This document shows, in pieces, positions 24,555 through 34,600 of a stretch of DNA of 64,000 bases (position 1 is the first letter of the stretch; each line of letters starts with the position of its first letter). The position numbers and the translations under genes are program-made. The notes beneath the pieces were generated by a model that worked only from the letters and a program-made list of their open reading frames with translations, had not been told where the DNA came from and did not search any database. This DNA is from Geosiphon pyriformis uo1 (Eukaryota > Fungi > Glomeromycota). The DNA lies in the NCBI GenBank assembly GCA_016748015.1, contig JAAOMT010000664.1, forward strand, positions 745,820-809,819. The letters are read 5' to 3'.

Positions 24555-26730
24555 ATTGATCCTCTGGTCACAGTGAAAGCACAAAGTAGCCAAAGAAATA
24601 CAATTTCTTTTTTCTTTTCCCTTTTGCCTTTGTAGTTATTTTTTTTAACACATCTTTATTTGTTGTTATGGATCCAATAAGCTCTTTTGCTGGTGTTTCT
24701 GGTTCTGTTTTGGCTGAGTTGGAGATCTGGTCTAACATTAAGAAAAAAGCACATGTTGAGAGTATCTACTCTTATGGCCCTTCATACAAAAAACCTAAAA
24801 ATTCTAGAGTTATTGGTGGTATTGTGGCTTCATCAGCTGGTTTTATTTCTGTTAATGTTTTTTATGCTGGTGATAAGGAACAAAAGTGTCTTGGAGTAGT
24901 GAAGTGGAAAGCAAAAATGCTAGTGTTAATAGTGTATTTGACATAGAGAACATGAATAATATGGTGGCTGAAAAAACAAGTTATGTGAATTTTAACAATT
25001 CTAAAGCTGACAAAATGATAGATAACATAACTCTTAGGAGAACATAGACAAGGATGTATGTTTTGGATCAACTACCAAAGAAACCATTATTTAGCAATTT
25101 GAATAGTAATAAAGCTGAGTTGGTGCTTTCAGTGCCTAGATTTGTTGGTTCAAAAAACCTTCTATTTGTCATGTTGTAGAGCAAACCAGTTAGAGATTTT
25201 AGTTTTACAAAATCTTTCATGTTGGATGTTGAGCTGTCAACTGTTCTCGGCAAATCATTTGTTGATAAATTAATGACACTGAAGAGAATTTTTTATTGTG
25301 TAAATGGTTTTAGGGGGGCATTTACTCCCTCAAAACTTCTTGGGTTGATTAAAGTCTCTTTTACTTTGGAATTTAGTTTAATTAAGACCAGAAATTTGGC
25401 TATCAATGCAAAGATTTTGGTCAATAATGTGATTAGAAAACCAAACAACTGTTCAGATCAGGATGTAATAGTCAAGGAGATCTTAGTAGATCTTCTCAAA
25501 TCAGCAGTTGAGTCAGTTTTTTCTAAGTTTGATAAGATTATATTAATTAAGATGCAATTGATTGGTTTATGGCAAAAGACTTTGGTAGAGTTTGAATTAT
25601 CAGAGGTGGTTAGTTTAGTTGTATCCAAATGATCTGTTTTCATGGGAAAAAATTCTGTGTGTGTGGCTTTGGCAATTGAAGATAAACAATCATGGATTTC
25701 AAGAAATCAACATTGGACATTATTGTACATATTACCAGTTGGAACTACTGCTTATGATCTTTCTGATTTGCTGAATTCTTATGATGGGAAAACTTGCTTT
25801 ATTGGTTGCAATTTAAGTTCATATGTGTATAACAAATGTGCAGTGATTTGTTTTGAGAATAAGGCATTCAAATTGGCTGCTATTGATTCTGTTCTTGTTT
25901 TCAAAAGTGTAAATTTACATTAGGCTGGGCTTTTTTTGGCTTGTTGTGCTCTATATAAACAGTTTGGTCATATCTCTGATGTTTGCTCAGTAGGTGAAAA
26001 GTTTGGTGTTCACAATAAGTGTGTGGTAATTTCTTAAGATCAGATCCAGCTGGCCAATATATATAAGAAGAAACAGGCACCAATTGCCCATCCAGTTTTT
26101 TTTGGTGGCAAAACATGGGTCCAGATTGCTGGTGGCTTTCTATTTTGTATGACTGCTTCAGTTGCTTTTGGTGCTGGCATATTTTCTGGTGCAAATTTTC
26201 TTCTAAAGAGACTATTTCCACTTGACTTCTCTGGTTTAAATGATCATTTGGTGTCTTTGGAGTGCTTCTTAAAGCTTTTGTCTGACCAAGTTTCTGGTAT
26301 TTTGAGAAAATTGAGTTTTATTGATTTGGTGCCTTTGGCACTATCCCTCTGTGTTTCTCCTTCAGCCACTTCCACAGCTATTGTGTTGAATTTGGACTTG
26401 AATATGGCTTTAGATAAAGTATTGCTGTTATTTATTTCATCTTTTTCTTCAGTGGTCAAAGATATAATTGTTGAGCTCAGTTCAAGTAGTTCTAAGGTTT
26501 TAACTGCCAAAATGGGTGGTTTGGAATCCAAAATGATGGCTTTGGAGATGTCAATTGGTTCAGTTCTAAATAGATTAGAACATTTGTGCTCTGGTTCAGA
26601 TTTGTCAGTTTTTTCTTTGTCCCTATAAGTAATTTGGTATGGAAGTTTGCTACATGTAATGTTCAAAGTATCAATGTTCCTGTAAAACAAACAGATGTTG
26701 TTCATTGGCATAAGAGTTCTGATAACATGG
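24555..26730 (+). mobile_element. LINE 5' part: ORF1 (24668-26628, disrupted; RRM-like and Zn-knuckle remnant) and start of ORF2 APE endonuclease, cut by an LTR
   Basis: ORF2 start SNLVWKFATCNVQSINVPVKQTDVVHWH is homologous to 48570 MTNLVWKIATCNVKG (APE motif I). It ends abruptly at TGTTAT 26731. Confidence 0.8.
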
Positions 26731-28864
26731 TGTTATAGATAACTATTTCTGGTGTTGGATTAAATAACAAACCCATAACTTGGTGCTCAAATCTAGTTGT
26801 AGTTAATAGTGATCTGAAGGTTTGTGTCTAAAAAGTCTGTATCTGAAGGGTTTGGTTGAGTTCTTTGTATAATGAACAGAAATTCAATGTAATAGTTTTA
26901 TCTGTAGCTTCCTAAAACTGCGGTTTTGTTAATTTTTTTCTTAGCTTGATGGCTGGTATTTCTCTTAGTAAGCTATCTTCAATCGAGTGTTTTACCCTTA
27001 TTTCTGGATCTTTTACCAGTCACGTTTATCCTGACGTCAGTACCCCATGCGTTAATTCTCAATAGAGTTAGTAAATAACAATAAAATTAAAGCAAGAAAT
27101 AAAGAAAAGAAAAGAAAATAAAGAAAGAAAAGAAATAAGCCAAGGCGATTTGCAAGTTAGTATTCTATTAATAGCCATGATCAAGAGCTATTGTTCTAGT
27201 GTGGTTAAGTATCAATTATTATTAACATAAAGTGTTAATAGTGGCAGTGGGTTTGAGATAACAAACAGTTATTTATTTGTGGTTTGAAAAGTTGTCTAGA
27301 TGAAATCTAAACTGAGAGGTCTCTCTTTTTAGCTTCTAATCTTACTGCTATATATACATAATTGAGATTCTTCAATTCCTCAATTTTTCACAACAGGAAT
27401 TCTGGGATTTCTGGAATTCTGCAATTTTTTTGAGAGGAATTCTGCAATTCTTTGTGAGAATTCTGTAATTTCTGGAATCTTGCAATTCCTAAAAGGAATC
27501 CTGAAATTCCACATTTTACTACATCTATTTCTGATTGGTTAATAACTATGCTAATATATATTCCCTATATTTCTATAAGTAATATTATTCCCTTCTTTTA
27601 ATATTGAGCTCTATTGAAATCTAACTCTGTTAATTCCCCTTCTTGAAGTATTTCTTGAATTTCATTTTCGAGAATTACTTGCATTATTTGAGTCTGTAAT
27701 TTTTCAAATTGAGCATTGGTGATCTTTCCTAATTGATTACTGGTAACTGTATCCATTGCTTTGTTGAGTAAAATTTCTGGTTGATCCTGAAATGTTGTGT
27801 GTATTCGGTATATGGCTTGGATCTGTATAGATAAGTTGTTTTTTTCCACAAAATGTTCTAATTGTTGTAGTATTCTTGTGTTGAATAATTGCTTTGTTTT
27901 ATCTGTATATAGATTCTGGATATTTACATGTTGTCCCAAGTAAAAATAACAATAGTTTCTTGGAAATTGTTGTATCCACTAATTCCAAGTTTCTTTAGTC
28001 AACTCTTGGTATAGTGACTCTTTTGTCAACTCTTTTATTGCTAATTTTACTTTCACAATGATTTTGTCAATGGTATTTTCTGTTTTCTTCTGTGTTCTAT
28101 GTGGTGATGTTTTTCTAGTGTTTTGATATTGGATGGTTTGTTGATTAATTGTAATTTCCATCTCTTGGTGTTGAATCAATTGAAAAAGTTGTTGTGCTAG
28201 TGAGTAGATGTTGTCTGTAATTTTCATTTTTCTGATATTTCTTATCACATCTACCATGTCTTTATATATTCTTTTGATGAATTAATTTAATGTGTTGTTG
28301 TCAATGATGATGATTGGTTCCAGATCTCATGGAATCTCCTCTGGTTGGACTAGTATCTTCTGTACTTCTAATTGTGGAATATTACTGATAGATGATAGTA
28401 TGATGTTGTGATATGGTTTCAGTCGATCTCTATGTGCTGCTTTGGTTAAGATTTTGTTATCCAGTCTTAATTTGTAAGTTCTATTCCTTAGAATTTCTTC
28501 TATGTGAAATGGTCTATCCCATTTGAAGTTGAATTTTCCACTCCATTGTTTTTCTGCTTTGGTACAATGTAAGAATATTTTGTCTCCAATCTTGAATTCA
28601 ACTGGTTTGTCTGGTAGTTGATTATTATGTTTTTCTTTCTGTTTTTCTTGTGACTTTTGTATGTTATCAGCTGCTTTTCTTCATTTGTTTTCCAATGTTT
28701 CCATTAAGTTATATGTTCTTCTTAACAATGTTTCTTGGAAATTCTCTTCTGTTATTGGTTTAGTTGAATATGTGTTAACCTTTATCTCAACTGGTAATAT
28801 TGCTGTTCTACCATATATCAATTCAAATGGTGTTGCTTGTGTGGTGTTTTGCTTTATTGTCCAA
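26731..28864 (-). mobile_element. Gypsy element G, 3' end: integrase C-terminus, ORF3 (28227-27598 with one stop), PPT, 3' LTR 27584-26731
   Basis: Integrase TPFELIYGRTA..KWDRPFHIEEILRNRTYKL..LEPIIIID. PPT AAAAGAAGGGAATAA at 27599-27585. LTR T(A)TTAC...TAACA is related to 45105-45951 and 62668-63528. Confidence 0.85.
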
Positions 28865-29235
28865 TGTTACAGTTTAAGAATTTAGCAAAAGAATTATAAA
28901 AATAATACAAACTATTCAATCATAATATAGTGCAGTAATAATCTTAGAAAGGTAATGATTAACATAGTAGCAAACACCATCTCATAATAGTGGCAAGCAC
29001 CAGTTCACAATAGCAGCCAACACCAACTGGTGATAGCAGCAAACACCAGGTTGAAATATCAAAAAAAAAGTATTACAATGTGTTTTCTCATAGAACTACA
29101 AACATGTATATATACAATAGCTTTAATATTGGGAAAAGACAATCAAGTAATAAAAATCATAACTTATCAAGCAATAGATCTAATTTTATCCAACAAACTC
29201 CACTTTAAATCATACTTTCAAATTAAATATCCCAA
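28865..29235 (+). mobile_element. Probable LTR (another family) inserted in element G, truncated by the gap
   Basis: Starts TGTTAC exactly where integrase homology stops. Four TAG(T/C)(A/G)GC..(A/G)CACCA units precede a TATATATA box, the same layout as the other LTRs. Confidence 0.55.
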
Positions 29236-29828
29236 NNNNNNNNNNNNNNNNNNNNNNNNNNNNNNNNNNNNNNNNNNNNNNNNNNNNNNNNNNNNNNNNN
29301 NNNNNNNNNNNNNNNNNNNNNNNNNNNNNNNNNNNNNNNNNNNNNNNNNNNNNNNNNNNNNNNNNNNNNNNNNNNNNNNNNNNNNNNNNNNNNNNNNNNN
29401 NNNNNNNNNNNNNNNNNNNNNNNNNNNNNNNNNNNNNNNNNNNNNNNNNNNNNNNNNNNNNNNNNNNNNNNNNNNNNNNNNNNNNNNNNNNNNNNNNNNN
29501 NNNNNNNNNNNNNNNNNNNNNNNNNNNNNNNNNNNNNNNNNNNNNNNNNNNNNNNNNNNNNNNNNNNNNNNNNNNNNNNNNNNNNNNNNNNNNNNNNNNN
29601 NNNNNNNNNNNNNNNNNNNNNNNNNNNNNNNNNNNNNNNNNNNNNNNNNNNNNNNNNNNNNNNNNNNNNNNNNNNNNNNNNNNNNNNNNNNNNNNNNNNN
29701 NNNNNNNNNNNNNNNNNNNNNNNNNNNNNNNNNNNNNNNNNNNNNNNNNNNNNNNNNNNNNNNNNNNNNNNNNNNNNNNNNNNNNNNNNNNNNNNNNNNN
29801 NNNNNNNNNNNNNNNNNNNNNNNNNNNN
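29236..29828. other. Assembly gap (N run)
   Basis: N characters. Confidence 1.
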
Positions 29829-30283
29829 TTCTTGTTTTTGGATTTTCTATTGTTCTTTTTATGTATGTTATTTTGGAGCTATTAACTGTAATTTCTAGAT
29901 CGGATTTTAATTGTTGTAAGCTTTTAACTAATTGTTGAGTTATATTGTTGATGTTTTCTGGAATAAGTATCATTGTTTTAATTTTGACTGTTACTTTGGA
30001 ATCTTTTGCATGCGTTTTTATGGTTGTTAAATCATTTTTGCTGTGATCTAAGATTAATTATCTTTTCGAATAATGTTCAATTAAAACTATTGGTTCTAAA
30101 TCTCGTGGAATTTGTTCTGGTAGAATTAAAAGTAATTGTGTTCCAATTCTGGGTGTTTTTGTTATTATTACTGGTTTACTGTAATAGAATTTCAGCCGGT
30201 TACCATGTGCTGCTTTTCTTAATATTTTATCATCTAGTCTTAGCTTGTATGCTCCATTTCCAAGTATTTCGTGAATATAAAAT
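29829..30283 (-). mobile_element. Gypsy fragment: integrase C-terminus and ORF3 N-terminus
   Basis: FYIHEILGNGAYKLRLDDKILRKAAHGNRLKFYY..IPRDLEPIVLIEH*, then ATG 29973 MILIPENINNITQQLVKSLQ. Confidence 0.8.
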
Positions 30284-30303
30284 NNNNNNNNNNNNNNNNN
30301 NNN
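30284..30303. other. Assembly gap (20 N)
   Basis: N characters. Confidence 1.
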
Positions 30304-30595
30304 AAAGAAGCTATTCAGAAACAACTCCACAATGAATTCAAGACAACAGCTGGATCAACAAACAGTCACTACAGGCTTAGAGCTGCTCTTAGACTTTATG
30401 ACCTATTTCACACCTGTGAAAACATACTACAAAACCCAATTTTTCAACCTTTGAAGATTCAATACATTGGAAAGCTCACAGAACTGAAATTTCAACAATT
30501 TTCAGACCAAATTTCTTCAATAATTTTGGATTATTATCTGGAAATAACAGACAGTACTTGAACTTCGACGGAGCTCAGTCTTGAGGAGGAGGTTA

Positions 30596-31555
30596 TGTTA
30601 CCAGACGAAATTAGAGATATCATTTAGCATGAAACTATCCTATAATTCCTATCATTAATTAGCATATATTATCGTTTCAAATTATCACTTATGACATTAG
30701 CAAAAATGTCCGAAATTATCATTTAATTAATAACCCAAATTGTACACAACACAAATATAACCTAATTGCGATGATCAATCATGCAATACCCCGAACTATG
30801 TAACATTCAGAAGTTCGCCAAAATTTGTAGAAATTCGCCGAAATAATTGATAGTTCACCAAAATATCTAATAGTTCGCCGAAATGTATCTTTAGTTCAGC
30901 GAAATTGTAGAAAATAGCAAAGTTCAAGTTCATAGAATAGTGTTACAACAAGTTGTATAAAAGAAGAGCTTCTCTCTTCGAGAAAATGTATCTTATCTTA
31001 GATTTATCTCTTAAAACTGTTCCTATACACACAAAAAGAAATAAATATCAAATAATTCGAAAAACCAAATTCTTTAATTATTGTACTTGGAAAATCCCCA
31101 AAATCCAACTAACATTTTGAAATTGATTAGCTACCAATTTCAGTAAACTGTTAGTGACTCCAGGCCTGAATAGAAAACGTTTCCCTCAACAAAATTTTAT
31201 TTCTTTTACATTTCTTTTATTTTCTTTTATTTTTCTTATCACAATCATTAGGGTAGCCTACAGACGAGATTCCTGTAGAAGAGTTGACTTTCACAGCAAA
31301 GTAACTACACATTTTTAGTGAGCTTCCAGATGAGCAATACCTGGGAAAGAGTTGACGTTTACTACAACATAACTACATCAAGCAACTGGCACAGAATTGG
31401 CCATTCCACTCATAAGCCCAGCAAGTTCAAATTATAGGAGATAATTTGAAGATAAATTCAGTTACTGGAGGTTCAACCACATCCAGAAAACGTGAATTCA
31501 CAGCAAATAAGTATCGACAACATTACAGAAAAGAGACCAAAAACCTCCAGTAACA
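30596..31555 (+). repeat. LTR of element A (960 bp) with U3 AGTTCGCCGAAAT-type repeats and TATAAAA at about 30956
   Basis: Preceded by PPT GAGGAGGAGGTTA, followed by PBS; TG...CA termini. Confidence 0.9.
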
Positions 31556-31557
31556 TT

Positions 31558-31573
31558 TGGTGCTCTCCCACGG
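31558..31573 (+). promoter_or_regulatory. tRNA primer-binding site (TGGTGCTC core)
   Basis: TGG two nt after the LTR end. The same core occurs at 53699 (TGGTGCTCTCTGTGAGG), 63531 (TGGTGCTCCCTGTGAG) and 45102-45085 on the minus strand. Confidence 0.85.
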
Positions 31574-31600
31574 AAATAACACAGCAAAAACAAATTCAAA

Positions 31601-34600
31601 GTGGCGACCACACCAGACGCAACTACTTTAGAATATTACCAATCAATTTACACCCACTGCAAGCAAAGATTCAACATTCCAGACGGAATTGAAGTTGTCA
31701 AGAAATCAGTATACCAATACATTGAAAATCGCATCAACAATTATCTTTTTGGAAATTACAATATCTCCAAAGTTAAAAGCAATCTTTACAATAATTTAGC
31801 ACACTATTCACAATTGGGAACTGAAGACCTTAATAGTGAAACACTTGCCACTTACTTTCACGAACTTAATTATAACATTATCAAATACTGTGAAGAAACA
31901 TATCCAGTGCAATCTCAATACACCATTGATTTTGAATTGGAAACAGAAACAAGCAACAAAGACAAAAACAAATTAAAGCAATATTCAAGAACCACCCCAA
32001 ATACTCCAACACTACTGAAAACAACTGCTAAACATTTACAAACACCTGAACAAAGAACCAGTTCAAAACTTCCACTTACTATCACATCTTTTCCAGCTTC
32101 GTTTGCACAAGCACAAACACCTAATTCACCCTTGAATTGATTTGCAAGACCAGAAGATTTTACATCACTCAGAAGTCCCACCAGACAACAAAAACCCCTT
32201 CAAACTAGTTCCAATCTCCTTGATTTTCTAGCTGAAAATCAAAGTGAACACTCTAAGACAGCAGCAAACGAAGAAAACAACTCTGAAATAACCAAAGAAG
32301 AATCAATAAACAGTGAAAACGAAGAAAACAAAATGACAACATACATCACAAAAATCTCTGAATTCAATGGAGAAGATATTGAGACCAGTCCCCAAGAATG
32401 GCTTGACCAAGTTACTAAAGCTGGAGATGCAAATGGATGGAACGCTGCCAGAATGTTAAGAACAATTCCCTATTTTCTCAAAGAAACAGCAGGAGAATGG
32501 GTTAAAAACCTTGCCGCCCCATTCAATGATTAGAATGCTTTCAAAGCAGCCTTCCTTGAACAGTTCACTGACAATAATACCTCTATCACTCTTCGCAATC
32601 GTTTTCGAAATATCAAACAAGAACCCTCTGAATCCGTTATAACTTATATTGGGAAATTCAACAAACTTCTCAAACGAATTCGCCAACTCGAGACAAATGA
32701 TTATTATTCTGATGCTCAAATCTTGGATCAATTTATTGCTGGTCTAAAAGATAAACTAATTAAAAAGGTTCGCCCACATGTGCCAGAAGATTTAAACTCT
32801 GCCATCCAGCATGCGAAAAGATACGAAATGGCCATAGAAGAAGCCAATCATACAAAACTTGTAAATTTGGTAATTAGAGAAACCAGCTCAGCAGCTGAGG
32901 AAAAAATTGACCAACTCACAAAGAAGGTCAAAAACTATTTTACCAACCAACAACAACAACAACCCCAAAGATATCAACCACCCCAAAGATGAAATCAAAA
33001 TAACTTTGCACCACTTTCCAATAACCAGCCCTAGAATTGCCATTACTGTGGAATCTCTGGCCACTGAAAAAGAGATTGCAGAAAGCTGCAATGAGACCAA
33101 CAAAATAGGGGTAATCAACATTACTCTTCACCACAGCAATCTTATTATCAATTACCACCACCAGCTTACTATCCACCAAGACCCCAATACCAAAATAACT
33201 ATTATCAGCCCATCCCACAACCAATCCAACAGCAATACCAACAACCACCCACACAACATTATCAAGTATCTGCTCGAAGACTGATTACACAAAATCAATT
33301 CACACCACAAAACCGATACCAAGTAAACAACAGTAGAATCAGTTTGAACAACCAATTGGTTCCCTGAAATACCACTCAACCAAGATCCAACCATTACCAC
33401 ACTCAACCCAGTTATTTAACAATGCCGGAAGAACAGGATTTTCACCATACTGCACCCTCGGAAGGTAGAGCTGCAGCACAACAACAACAAAACCCTTCTT
33501 ATAACCACACCACTATTCCACCAGCCCAAATTGCTGAAAATACCAATCTCTCTGATATCTTTCCTTTTGAATTTGAAGTAAATGAATCACCATTCTTGCT
33601 TAGCAATGCAGTGGCTAATGAGCAAAAAGCCATCACTGCAATGTACGCAGAAGCTGAAGTAGAAGGAAAGCCAATTCACTTGATCCTAGACAGTGGATCT
33701 GCCGGAAGCATTATTACTTACCAGTTAATACAACAGTTGAAAAGAAATGTCGACCGACCAGCTCAAACAGTAATTGTCACTGCTGATGGCATGAAAAAGA
33801 CACCAGTAGGAGAAATTGACAATTTTCCATTCACTCTTGATGGAATTACCATTCCAGTCAAAGTTCTTGTAATGGATGCACCCCAGTACCAAGCTCTCGT
33901 CAGAAATGATTGGCTTCAAAAAGCCAATGCTAATCTGAATTGGGAAACACAAGAGTTAACAATCTTCTACCAAGGACAACACGCCTGAGTACCTGCCATT
34001 TGTGGTACATTCAACAAATGCTCTGAAAAAGCCCCAGCTTTTGAATTTGAACCAGAAGAAAAAAAACCAATAATCGAAACATTCATGGCTCTTGGATCAA
34101 TGTCCAACTGAGCCGATGAAACAGAACAAGAACATTTTACCCCACACACTAAACCCGAAACCTCTGGATGGAATATACCTTACTCAAAACCTGAACCAAG
34201 AAAACAATGCCCCTATATTTCCCTTAAATGTAAGGACTGTCACAAGAAACTATCATCAATGGAAGCCTGTATTTCACCTGAAGAAGAATATGAGAATCAT
34301 ACTTGTTATTACTGCAAGGCTTGCCACAGAGAGTGATGGGGCCATCTAATAAAAAGGAGCAGAAAATGGGACAACACCTCTTGTTTGACTTGTGAAGATA
34401 TGCTACCAGAAGAATGCAATTAGATTGATGTAGTAATGAGAGGAGGTGTCTGCGATCAGACCTGCCAATATGCCTTATCAATTTCAGAAAAAGTAAAAAG
34501 AGGAACACCCTTTAATGCAGCATACAACAGTGCTTTCAACAAACTTTATCACTACCCTCATGATGCCGAGATGATTTTCGACTTAGCAATGGCATTAATT

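Noticed and set aside
29030-29938. 302-aa ORF and other ORFs spanning N runs
   Set aside because: Artefacts of translating through gaps. Only 29973-29829 on the minus strand is a real ORF3 start.
30304-31555. True tandem Gypsy array sharing an LTR
   Set aside because: Perfect 186-nt identity with 39168-39353, the adjacent N gap and the adapter favour misassembly. Not fully excluded without reads.
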